Source of the DNA: Mytilus californianus
Taxonomy: Eukaryota
Assembly (NCBI RefSeq): GCF_021869535.1
Contig: NW_026262668.1
Coordinates: 71,548,001 to 71,612,000, forward strand
Direction: 5' to 3'
DNA length: 64,000 bases
Positions 51,357 to 63,744 of this stretch are shown in pieces. The translations under genes and the position numbers were made by a program. The notes under the pieces are model-generated. The model did not search any database. It was given only the letters and a program-made list of their open reading frames with translations, and was not told the origin of the DNA. Each line of letters begins with the position of its first letter. Positions within the stretch are counted from its first letter, which is position 1.

Positions 51357-53484
51357 TCACATAAAGAAATAAGTCGGCAGGAAGAGGATTACATTTGGTT
51401 CTCATAGGAATGCCGATTTTGGTTCAAGATCACGTCCTCGAAACGTAACAAATATTTCAGAATCAAGAAATCAAGCATTTTGAGTCAATTTCAGAGAATG
51501 TTTTCTTTGAATCAGAGTGTTTTTCTACAAAGTATGATTTATCCCGTCTTAAAAAAAGATATTTGTATCTAAGTTTGCCATTCTATTTTTATTACACAAA
51601 ATTGGACCAATTATCTCAATTTATTTCTAAGTTTGGAATGGGGAATACATGTGTTTGCGTAGAAAGTCAAATGATTTTATGCTATTTTCAAGATGAAAAA
51701 GACTTAGTTTGAATGTAGTCTAAGAGATCTTTGACATTGTTTAGTATCCACACCTAATTCACATCTCCCCTAGAGTAGGTAGTGTGCATTAATAACGATT
51801 TATATTACAAATACTGGTTCGCCATCCGCCTAACCTTTACTTAACTTCGTGCGCTAGATTTGTTTCTCGGATAATAATGTTAAAGGTCGTATCAGTAATT
51901 TTGTCACTGACTTAAGCCAAACATTGATGAGAGATAAAACCTTATCCAAACTAGAATATTTGTCCACAGCACAATATGCTCCCCTCGAACTACATTAACT
52001 TCGTATGTTTAAGATTACATTGACGGATTTAGGGTGCACATGGAGTCCGGGGAACCCTTCCTTATGGAGCTACATATATGGTTAATGCATATACTTTTTA
52101 CATCTCCCACTTCTAACGTTGTCAGGTTTCCCTCACCTTTTTTTAAATCCTGGATTAGCGTTTGAAGAAAGTTCATATCATAATGAACAATGTGCAGTAA
52201 GTTTCAAGTTAATGAGACCATTACTTCATGTAAAATGAGAATGTACTTATATCACATCATCCTTTTTCCATGTTCAGTGAATCGTGAAATCTGACTCAAA
52301 ACCCTAATCTTATATATATTTTTAAATGTTCACATCATGATGAGCACGCTTACTAAATTTCAAGTTGGTGTGCCTGTATCTACAAAAACTCTAACGTGAT
52401 ATGAGAAGGATGAACAGACGAACAAACGGACGGACCGAAAGACCGGAATTAACAATTCCCATACTACCGTAGTCGCGGCATGAGTACAATACAGGCATAG
52501 TAAATAAACCCTGCAACATTTACAGTATAGTATCGGTAAAATGTTTAACGGAAGACTTGAAAAAAAAAATAGGAATGAGTACAATTGAAAGTCTTCTACC
52601 GACGTTAAACTAAAAGGTATAATTTGGGGTAACGTTGCTTTCGAGTATTCAAGTATTTATATATCCTTGTCTTTCATTTTTTTTTTTTTTAGCGTTGCAT
52701 ATGAAGGTAAATGCAGAAAAGCGCTTCGGACGCATTCACACTGAAAAACTGGATATTGAAAAGTTGCAGCTCAAATATCACATCCATCTGCGTTATAAAC
52801 GAAAAATTGTTCAAGTCGGCATTTTATCAATTCAGCAATTCTCTAGTGATCTTTCTTTTATTGTTGAAATTCGGGTCATCGTTATGTGATTTCCATTTTT
52901 TATGAATAACTTGTGATCTCATAGTTCTACATCCTTAATAATTTGAGGTCTAAAATTTGTACATGCTGCATAATTTTCGGTTTGCAAATAAAACATAATG
53001 GATAACTTATCGAGTTCTGTGATCTCCAGTTAAATCCATTTCAATTTATGATTTAAAGTCAATCCTATCCGAAAGGAATAAGTGTATAGTTATGTCAGGT
53101 GACGGATGTTATATACACTATATCATTCACAACTACAAAACTGAATCATTATTATTTTAACTCGTATATTACCCCCGGGTTTTTTTGTGGGGTTCATGTT
53201 GATCAGTCTTTAGTTTTCTATGTTGTGTTTTGTATACGGCTGTTTGTCTGTGGGTCGTTTTTCGTTTTTTTTTTTTTTTTTGCCATAGCATTGTCAGTTT
53301 ATTTTCGAGTTTGAATATCCATATCATGGTATTTTTCCCCTTTCTTTTACTTCAGCTGTCAATAAGCTGAGATATGTTTTACGGACGATTGAACAAATGG
53401 ACAATTGCGACAATCTGATTAATTATGAGTATAACGAAATCAGAGAACTATATTTTAATTAGATTGCAATTGCGATATCCAGCA

Positions 53485-54105
53485 ATATATTCCCCACTCT
53501 GGTATCATTAAAAAATAGAAATGTCCATTGGGTATCATTATAAGCAGACATTATGTAAAGATATGTTCCCATTTGGGCTTCATTAAAAGAGATACTCTCC
53601 GTTGGCATCGTTAGAAAATAGAGATCCCCATTGGGCATCATTCTAAACAGACATTATATTAGAGATATTCCCTTTTGTGCTTCATCAGAAGAAGAAAAAG
53701 ATAGTATCTTTGGGCATCACTATACTAATAAACAGACATTGTGGTAGGAGATTCCCCTTGTGCATCATTAGAAAAAGAAATGATTCCCCTTGGCCATCAT
53801 TATAAACAGACATCATGTTTAGAGATATTCCCTTTGGGCATCATTAGAAAAAGAGAGATTCCCCCTGCGCATCATTATAAACAGACATTAGGTTAAGAGA
53901 TATTCCATTAGGGCATCATTAGAAAAGAGATTCCCCTTGGCCATCTTTATAAACAGACATTATGTTTAGAGATATTCCCTTTGAGCATCATTAGAAAAAG
54001 AGAGATTTCCCCTGCGCATCATCATAAACAGACATTATGTTAAGAGATATTCCATTAGGGCATCATTAGAAAAGAGAGATTCCCCTTGGGCATCATTATA
54101 AACGG
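53485..54105. repeat. Satellite array of alternating ~43 and ~29 bp subunits sharing the core cccttgggcatcatt
   Basis: Subunit A continues ataaacagacattatgttaagagatatt, subunit B continues agaaaagagagatt; diagnostic variants recur at 147 bp. Confidence 0.92.
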
Positions 54106-55262
54106 ACATAATATCGATTTTGTCATCAGCAAATTAAAACATAACTAAATTTGCATTCTTTTCAAACGGTGTTTTGGGATGTATAAATACACATCCACGT
54201 TCATTTTCTATATAGAGATTACTCTGTCTATATATTACATTATACATATTTATTAACAGGTTAACTCCTGACTATCATATTGCCTGTAGATACTTTTATT
54301 TTGTCATTGCACAAGTCTTGTCTTCTTTGACTGTCCATGACGTTAAAACACTAAATCCCTGGGATGTGTTTTAGTTGATTTTAGTCTCTGATGCATGATT
54401 TTTCATTATTAATTGTTTTTGGCTTTTAACTAGCTTTCAGTAACTGCGAGTACTCTCAAATCGTACTTTCGTGTTAATTTGACCTGTTGATACAATTTGT
54501 AATGTGTTTTTGTTATTTAATGTTTACTTATTCAGTGTTATATCTAGTCTCACTATTTTTTTAATATATACCACCTTTGATAAGTGTTTAGCATGAAGAT
54601 AAATTTTCACTTTTGTTCTCGTACTAGGAACAACAAAATTATTTATTTTGTAAAAATTATTTCTGTACTCCATGTATACCTTACAACAAAATTATTTTTA
54701 TTTTCCTGTGTACGTTATTTTATTTGGCGGCATTTTGTCCAAGGTTATGGTTGTCTTTCTGATATTGTTTTAAATCTAACCCCCTTGATTTATTAATTTT
54801 GTATTTACATTGTGTCATAGATCAAATTTATTCGTTCAGTGTATGTTCACTTGTTTTTGTTAATATGTCTTTTGATTGAGTTAAGCCATTTCAATTGATA
54901 TTTTATAGTGTGTCTTTCTATGTTGTGATGTTGGCGCCTATTAAAACGTTTAAACCCGCTGCATTTGTTTGCACATGTCCTTAGTCAGGAACCTGATGTT
55001 CAGTGGTGGTCGTTTGTTGATGTAGTTAATAAGTGTTTCTCGTTTCTCGTTTGTTTTTTTTTATAGATAAGACCGTTGGTTTTCCTGTTTGAATGGTTTT
55101 ACACTATAGTAATTTTTGGGGCCTTTTATAGCTTGCTGTTCGGTGTGAGTCAAGGCTCCGTGCTGAAGGTCGTACTTTGACCTATAATGGTTTACTTTTA
55201 CAAATTGTGACTTGGATGGAGAGTTATCTCATTGGCACTCATACCACATCTTCTTATATCTA

Positions 55263-55985
55263 TAATGTTAAGATATATTCCCCTTGGGCATCATTATAAA
55301 CAGACATTATGTAAGAGATATCCCCCTTGGGCATCATTAGAAAAAGAGAAATTTCCTTTGGGCATCATTATAAGCAGACATTATGTAAAGATATGTTCCC
55401 CTTTGGGCTTCATAAAAAGAGATCATCCCCTTTGGCATCATTAGAAATAGAGATTCCCCTTGGGCATCATTAAAAAAAAAGAGATTCGGGAATCCGCTTG
55501 GGCATCATTCTAAACTGACATTATATATTATATATTCCAATATGAATCATTAGAAACAGAGATTCCTCCAGGGCATCATTATAAACAGACAGTATGTTAA
55601 GAAATATTCCCCTTGGGCATCATTAGAAAAAGAGATATTCTCCTTGGGCATTATTTTTTATACAAACATTACATTTTGAGAAATCACTTTGGGCATCATA
55701 TTTTATAGATATGCTTAGGGATTCCCCTTGGTGCATGATCACATGAAGACATTATGTAATGTGAGATTTTCTTAAGGTATCATGAAAATACTTTCTCTTA
55801 TGCATCATTTTATGCATACACACACAATGTAAATAATTCCTCTATATAATTATGACCAAGGGATATGGTCATAATTATATAGAGGAATTATTGAAAAGAG
55901 ATTACCCTTGGCCGTCATTAATATAAAGATTATGTAAAGTTATTTTCCTTGAGCATCATTATATAAAGATATTATGTTGATAACC
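55263..55985. repeat. Second, more decayed block of the same satellite (remnant also at ~56628-56700)
   Basis: Same core; resumes directly after the dispersed repeat ending at 55262. Confidence 0.88.
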
Positions 55986-56943
55986 ATGCTCCAGAAAGGT
56001 AAGCAGATCCTGTTCCACATATGACACCCGTCGTGTTACTCCTATAGAATACGTTGATCAGCTATATCAAGTGAGTAGGCATCACGCAATAGCTGATAGG
56101 TATTCGACTCTTCTCTTACCCTAAGACATCACCAAATTCATAAACCATCGATCATGTTTTTGTAACCCGAAACTTGACCGAGTGTGAATTATTAAATTGA
56201 AACCTTTTTCATGACAAATGATAGGGCAAGACTTTTATCGGTATAAACAACACAGAAATAGAAAAATTAAAAAGTTCTAAGAACAACACTTAAAAGTAAA
56301 GCAAGAGCAACACGAACATCTTTTCAACAAAACTTGGGCTGATATATGCAGGTTCTAAGTTCGGAAGGGTAAGCAGATCTTGCTCTACATATTGCTACCG
56401 TCGTGTTGCTCATGTAAGTACAAACTTGGTGATAAGTCTAATTCGGTAGGTCACAATTGAGGAAAAGAGGACGGGATTGTTGGGACGACTATTGGAACAT
56501 ATATCCGTCGTCATACTTGCAACATATATTCCATAACGGTCAACCAACTCATGATGGCGTCCGTAAAATTTTTAAAGGGATGATTTCATTTCACCACTTG
56601 AAACTCTTGCTTTAATATTTGGATAATGATTCCCCTTTGGCATCATTAATATACCAGATATAATGTTGAGAAGGATTCCCCTAGGGCTCAGTTATAATGT
56701 ATTATTACGCAAGCAAATGCACTACTTGTCGGTTCCCAAGGTTCACTATCTAGAGTATATTTTATCCACGAGCACATGTTTAAAATCTTTTAGTTCCAAA
56801 TATTTCTCTTTACAAAAACTTTTGATTGAGAAACAAGTTCACCTTCATCTGATTTTTCACTGTATCAAGTTTTTGTCAGTAATGGTTGACTGGTATTCAA
56901 GTTCCAATTTTAAATAATGATGTCAGACATAATAATAATATTC

Positions 56944-56949
<6 letters not shown>

Positions 56950-57014
<65 letters not shown>

Positions 57015-57015
57015 G
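56950..57015. repeat. (ATT)n microsatellite, about 22 units
   Basis: Direct reading. Confidence 0.97.
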
Positions 57016-57904
57016 AGCACTCATATCCAAATTAGTCCAAAGAGCTGATATGGGTCGACAATTCGGCTCGAATATAATGGCGAAAGGAATTAGGGTCGAA
57101 AGGATGTAGATCTGCTTTATGAGTGGTGCTGTTAATTTCAGACGTCCCCGTAAAGAAGGTACTGCCAAATGAAATTGCTTTACAGCTGATGAAGGCCTTC
57201 TATGGTCATTTAACATTGTTAAAATATGTGGTCTTCAGCAGCAGTGTTTTTTGTATATATATAAATGCCGAGAGGGGTGACTGTTACAAACAGTTTTACG
57301 AATACGTTTGCAGAAGAAAGTGGTTTCCCCAACTTGCAATTCGACCCAACAGTTCCACCTAATTTAATACACAAGTATAATCATAAATTATCCAAGAATA
57401 TCATAGTTTACTTATCTTTACATAAAGCATGTGAACATGTAGGCTAACCTGGCAAAGGTAAATCTGCTAATAATGTATCTATATTTTACACTTTTGGTTA
57501 GCTGAATAATGCTCTGAATGACCCTAGCTAGATTATCAGTCTAAATAACCATCTGAGGTCATGCAACAATCACTTTTTATATGCCCATATACAGGAAGTA
57601 TCAGGGTCTACTGTTGTCTGTCTGTCTGTTGTCAACATGTAGGACAATAACTCAAAAATGCTTTAACCATGCAATTTATTAATTATGAGTTAAATTGTAA
57701 TGCCCAATTTTGCCGGAACTTGTGTGATTTGAAGTAATCATTACTAATGGCAGGTGTAAATAAAATACATCTATTCCTGAAACGTGCTACTTTATAGTCC
57801 GGTAATAATATTTGTTTGGTAAGTCCGTCCAATAAACGTATTTACACTTTTGGTATTTAGCTATATTTTGCCTCCGAATGACCTTAGATCTACTCCGAAT
57901 CACC

Positions 57905-58035
57905 TTTTGACGTCAGACAACAATCACTTTTTAATTGTGACGTCAAATGTTTTGAATTATGATGTCAAAGTTTACGGGAACCTGTGTGATTTTTACGTAA
58001 TGGCGGACAAATTTGCATACAAGTGTAAATACGTC
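57905..58035 (+). repeat. Dispersed element with three TGACGTCA-like sites; copies at 63518-63648 and (interrupted) 57555-57760
   Basis: gacgtca..caacaatcactttt..attgtg.cgtca...acgggaacc...gtaatggc.gacaa shared. Confidence 0.75.
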
Positions 58036-58102
58036 TATTCATCGACATAACGTTAAATGAAGGGACTTTTATGACAACCAAATTACCTTACATTTAAGAA
58101 CT

Positions 58103-58278
58103 GAATGCTTCTTTTTGTAAATTCATTGGGGTGTAAAATGCTTCTTTTTGTAAATTCATTGGGGTGTAAAAGCGTTGACCGAAGTACATTTTGTATGAAG
58201 CGCGGAAGCGCTTCATTCTAAAAATGTACGCACGGTCAACGCTTTTACAACCCTATGAAATTACTAAAAGAAGCATTC
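58103..58278. repeat. Long imperfect foldback (arms ~67 bp, centre gaagcgc-ggaa-gcgcttc) with a 34-bp tandem duplication of the left arm end
   Basis: aatgcttctttttgtaaattcattggggtgtaaaagcgttgaccg mirrors cggtcaacgcttttacaaccctatgaaattactaaaagaagcatt. Confidence 0.88.
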
Positions 58279-58499
58279 ATTACTTATAATTACATTTTTT
58301 TGCTATGATCATGAAAACACGATTACTATCAAGTTTTTCTTTTATTTACCTGTGCACTTTATTGTGGAAACGTGTGTCATCATGTATGTTTCAATTCACG
58401 CAATTCATTTTGAAATGAAGAATGACGCGAGATTGCTGTTAGCCAATCAAAATAACGTATAATAATGAAACATACATCTAATGTAATTATAATCAAATG

Positions 58500-58552
58500 A
58501 AGACTTACATTGTAAATACAGGAGGAACAAAATTATCAGACTTGAAGAACGA
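58500..58552 (+). other. DHX9: Candidate non-coding first exon of DHX9 (start approximate)
   Basis: The ATG sits directly after an acceptor (tttgtag|ATG), so an upstream exon is required. A consensus donor GTGAGT lies at 58553. Confidence 0.35.
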
Positions 58553-58853
58553 GTGAGTTATGCACATATATTGTACATGTACTGTCTAAGGGTTACTGAG
58601 TTGCATGCTCCTGACTACACTAACAACAAATACAGTGCCATGCAGTGGTGAGAGATTGGTATCTGACAAAGAATCAGCTTGAAGGATATATGTCTATTTG
58701 AGTCTTTAAAAAAGGTGGTGTGAACAAACAATTTGTTTGCAAATATATAGGATTTATTTAATCTAGTAATTTGATAGGGAATACATTAATTACGATTAAT
58801 ATGATGAACAATGGTATTTTTCATAGATCTATGATTTATTTTACTTTTTGTAG

Positions 58854-61602
58854 ATGGGTGACGTTAAACAGTTTTTATATGCTTGGTGTGGGAAAAGAAA
58901 GGTCACACCATGTTATGAGTTTGGCCAGACAGGATCAAAACATAAACCAAGGTTTAAATGTGAGGTATGTCATTATTTTGGAATTCATTAATGCATGTAA
59001 AACATTACAGATCCTTTCCTAGCTCCCCTGACCCATAGTCAGGTGAGCTATTCTCATCACTTTAAGTGTCCCTCCTCCATTAAGTTTTACAAAAATATCA
59101 TCTCTGAAATGCTGTTCAAATAAAGACAAATTGGCCACAATCATTATCATGATCATTGGGGTATCTAGTTAAAAAATGTGTTTGAAAACCTTGTATGCCA
59201 ACAAATATGGCCTATATGGCTAAAGATAGAACATAAGGTTTGCCTTTTCATCTTGAAAACCACTATAGATAGAGAAAATCTGACAGGGGCAGAAATGTTG
59301 AGATCTTACTTCTGTGCATTTACATCAAAACTGTCAGACAAACTTCATGTAGGAGTTATTGCCCTTTGATGACAAAGTTTACCTATTTTTTTTATACGCC
59401 CGTTTACGGGACGTATTATGGTATACCATTGTCCGTCCATCCGTCTGTCTGTCATCAACATGTCAGACAATAATTCAAAAACACTTTAACCAATTTGCAT
59501 GAAACTTTGGTGAATTGTTTATATCTATTGACGCGAGCTCCTTTTCGTTTTTTATAAATTTTAGATTTTACGTTTCCGAGTTATGGAGTCTTATTCATTA
59601 AAAAAGGGGGATTTTCCAGTTTTCGGACAATAACTCATAAAAGCTTTCAGCAGTTTTATGAAACTTTGGTGAATTGTTTATATCTATTGATGTAAGCTCC
59701 CTTTCTATTTTTATAAATTTCAGATTTTACGTTTCCGAGTTAGGCGATTTTATTCATAAAAAAGGGATGATTTTCCAGTTTTCAGACAATATCTTTAAAG
59801 TGCTTTGAGCAGTTTTCATGAAACTTTGGTTACTGGTTTATATCTATTAAGATAACCTCCCTTTAGTTTTTCATAAATTTCTGAAATGATATTGAGAAGT
59901 TATTGAACTTTATTCTTTGAAAAAGCATGGCGCAGCTTTTTATTGTCTATTATCTTGAAAATTATAAAAAGAGAGAAAATGTAAACAGTAAAACTGATCA
60001 GCAGAACATGATCAACCAAAAGTAGATTCTAGTCTATAATATTGAAGAGTGGCCATTGTTGAAGATGCACAGAGATCCAGGTTAACCACTCAGGCTCTTT
60101 AGAACCTCTAGTTTTTAAGGGTAGATTCCCTCCAGCTTGAACTGCTGTTTCACTTCTTCTTGATAGGTGACCTCCTTTAAATAACTTCTTCAATTACTAG
60201 TTAAAACATCTTAAAACTGTTGTTATAATATAAAATTCTTTGCAAAATGGAAATAGGTAATACTTTTTTTTTGTTTATTGAGTGCCTATGGCATCTGTGT
60301 TTGCATTTACATTGTGCATCCACAGTCTATTGTCAGCCACTGATTGCTTACTTTCTCATGTGAAAGACTAACCTAACTCACATGATTTATAATAAGAAAA
60401 ATGTCAATTGACACATTTCACTGACTTTAAAATTTTGAATTGCAAAGTAAAATACTTGTAAGCTTATACTTTGTGTAAGGATGAGTCCAGAAATATAACA
60501 GCCTCCCACAAAAATTAGATCTTTTTGACTTACATGTGTACATTCTATGCTTTAAAGGCATGGGGTAATCATAATTTGGTTTAAGCAGCATCTAGGGGAA
60601 TACTGAAAAGCGCTTTTTTCGCAGGTGTAAAATTTCACGATTCAGTGGCAACAAAGTATTCGAAAACTTTTGGCGTTTTTTACTTCCCAACTAAATATTT
60701 TGGCGGATACTGAAATGGTTGCAGTTAAAAAGTGGAAAAAATTGACAAACGTGTCTATTGTTATTGTAAGATAATTTGTTCTCATATGACATCTTATTTA
60801 TAACCCGCTATAGGGTATATGCCTACATTGTAGCACACAGTCACCTGCATTTCACCCTTCATTGAAATACTTTGTTTTAATTATATGTTTGAAATTTCTG
60901 TATCCTGTAATTAAATGTGTAGCATCAATTTGAAGATATTCTCTTTATATACATATGAATATTGTAGGTCAGAGTTGAAGGATTTGATTATATGGGTGTA
61001 GGTAACTCTACAAATAAGAAAGATGCACAAGCTAACTGTGCCAAGGACTTTGTTCAGTTTTTGGTTCGTCAAGGCCTGGTACAACAATCAGAAGTTCCTT
61101 CAACAGGGGTAAGTTTACTTTATGTTGTCTACAACATTAAGGGGATTATGGAAGCACCCCTTGCATCCAAATCTTTGTACTTAAGTGTATTCTCATCCTC
61201 ATCATACAATAATTCTGTAAATTCCTTCACTTGGCTTTCTTTGCTGCTGGTTATGAAGTTGTTCTTATAGACATTAAAAATACTCTGATTAGATAAAGAC
61301 TTTTAAATTAAGAACCTTTTATTCCATCACAAAGTAGAAATGTTTAATGTAGTTGCCCCTCACGAGAACATTGAATCAGACTGGAAATAAATGTAATCTG
61401 TATGTTTAATTGTAGAACTCAATGATGTTCACCCGTCAGAAATTTTCTATTTTTCATTGATTATTTGCATTGGTTTTTTCATTGATGTTCTAGTTACAAT
61501 CAGAAATGATGGAACCTAGGCCTGGTCCAAGTGAAGCTAGTAGCGATGTTGGATTTAGTGGATTACCAGGTGGTCTAGCTCCACATCAAGCTTTAGGACT
61601 AG
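58854..61602 (+). CDS. DHX9: ATP-dependent RNA helicase A (DHX9/maleless), N-terminal dsRBD1 and linker. Exons 58854-58964, 60968-61108, 61494-61602; gene continues beyond
   Basis: Spliced translation MGDVKQFLYAWCGKRKVTPCYEFGQTGSKHKPRFKCE|VRVEGFDYMGVGNSTNKKDAQANCAKDFVQFLVRQG...PSTG|LQSEMM...PGGLAPHQALGL matches the remembered vertebrate DHX9 N-terminus (MGDVKNFLYAWCGKRK...GMGNSTNKKDAQSNAARDFVNYLVR). Splice sites are canonical. Confidence 0.95.
59017..59385 (+). mobile_element. Helentron-associated non-autonomous (HINE/DINE-1-like) element
   Basis: 5' subterminal hairpin tagctcccctg...caggtgagcta followed by a decayed core. Confidence 0.55.
59386..59915 (+). mobile_element. HINE-like element with GTCC/GTCT microsatellite and three ~159-bp internal tandem repeats; related fragments at 57580-57690 and 52360-52490(-)
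   Basis: T-run, atacgcccgt-tt-acgggacgtat hairpin, gtccgtccatccgtctgtctgtc, then atgaaactttgg at 59499, 59658 and 59818. Confidence 0.75.
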
Positions 61603-63744
61603 GTAATTATTTGATGAAAAAATACAGTTAGTCAAGTAAACATGGTAAAGGGAAAAAGGTGTACATTGTAGATCTATATAAACTTTGTTAAGAAAATTAT
61701 TCATTTTGTTAAATATTCACTGATTAATGTTTTTTTTCACAAATGATACATGTATACAGTTACTTGTTCTTGAGTACGATTGTAATACACTATCTCCCCC
61801 CATTCATATCCAATCTAGAAATATCTCAATTTCCTAGACTGCTAGAATCTGTGCCAAATTCAACAGCTTTGCCTTTTTCTTGCTTTGATCATTTTCCATA
61901 TCAAGCTATGCCACTGAGAATGGTTTTCTCAGTAGTGTAGATTGAGAAAACAATGATGTCATATGGCAATGTTATTGACTTTGCCAAGAAAATAACCATA
62001 AACATATTATCTATACACCTTATCGCTATTTGAAATCTGTGCCGCTAGACGCAGGGATGATTCTACTATATAATTTAGGGCCGCTTAGCGGCCCTAAAGT
62101 CAGCTGGCAGCCCCAAAAAAAATTATGCAAACATAAATTCCCAATTCAGGAAAAGAAATAAAATTCGATATTTCCGGAAATGTTTCTGTCGCCGATTTAG
62201 GCAACTATAATTTTCTAATTTTGTCTTCAAAGTGTTTTGAAATATTATATAAGAATGCTGTCAACAATCACATTTTACTAACAATGTTTCAATTATTTCA
62301 ACATGTGGTAAACATGCAGCAGAATAAGACCCCTCCTATTCAATTGACAAAAATACGATATGGGAGTATTTGATCTCGTAAAAGTAATCTAAATAATTAT
62401 TGCGTCTTGAAAGGTCAATTTCATGTTTTTGCTGTGACGCCTTACTACGACAGCAAAAACAATTAAATAGGCTTTCAAGACGTCATAATTATTTGGACTA
62501 TCGTAAAAGCAGATCACCAAGCAGGTCAATAAAAAAGATGATTTTTGTCGAAATGGGTCTCGTAAAAGCAGACCTTGACAAAATTTAAAATTTTGATGTA
62601 ACATTGATGAATTTAATGGGCGCCGATCTCGTAAAAGCAGATCGCCAAGCAGAGCCGGTTATATAATATGATGGAAACGTTTTTTAGTTGATATTTTTTC
62701 TGGCTCTATTTCCTCAAGACAAAAGTCTGACTGTCTGAACTTTTTTTGAAATTACATGTTGATAGATTATTCATGAAATAGGATGTCGACACATTATGGA
62801 ACTGTTTCAAAAGTTGTGAAGATGATCCAAATAATATTATAATACAATGGTTCAATGCTTAAATTTCCTGTTTCTTAGAGTTACACCTAAAGTAAAACTG
62901 TGACATTAGTGTAATAGTCCCAGAGTAAAACTATGGCCACCTTCTACATATTAAACAGCAAGCAAAAATCACAAAAAAAATATCTTATCAATTAAGTACT
63001 AAAACTTTTGTAATTACTTTTCTGCTGAATTCAGCAGTTGTACATTTCAATTTGAAATCCATTTACATCAAGGTAAATTTATAAAGATGACCTGTTGTTG
63101 AAAAAAAACACCCAATGGATGATTTTTTTCTGTGATATATCTTAGCTGCTTAATATATAAAAGGTAACACCTAACTAAGATGCATACCTTCAAAAGATAG
63201 TGCATCATGTGCAATGATTTTCATGTAATAACTTCCTTGGTCTCAATCCACTAAATGTCAAGTGATCTGGTAATCATATGTATATCATAACAAATAGCCT
63301 GGCCAGGATTATTCCAAATGTTACAACTTCATACAGCAGTGTACAGGTAAAACTTAATACATTTTCCGTTTTTATAGGAAATAATGCTATTTCGTCTAAG
63401 ATTTTATTCGTAAAAAGTTCCCAATTGGGATAAAAATTCCCAAATTTGATAGTTAAGGGACCCATTTGAAAACACCTGGAATCATCCCTGAGACCTGAGA
63501 ATCTGAGCCTCTTGAACTATTGACGTCATTCAACAATCACTTTTCCATTGTGGCGTCAGATATTTTCTATTGTGACGTCAAAATTTTACGGGAACCTTTT
63601 TGATGTCCAGTAATGGCAGACAAATAGCGATAAGGTGTATTGTCTTTCAACCCTAGGAAGTTTCTTGGCTACATCTCATCTCAGGACTATAGCCTTTCGA
63701 TGAGAAACTCTGTCTCATTTTCAAAACCATAAATAACCTATAAG

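Noticed and set aside
53485-55985. CRISPR-like appearance of a constant core with intervening sequence
   Set aside because: The intervening parts are themselves repeated, the context is eukaryotic, and no cas genes are present
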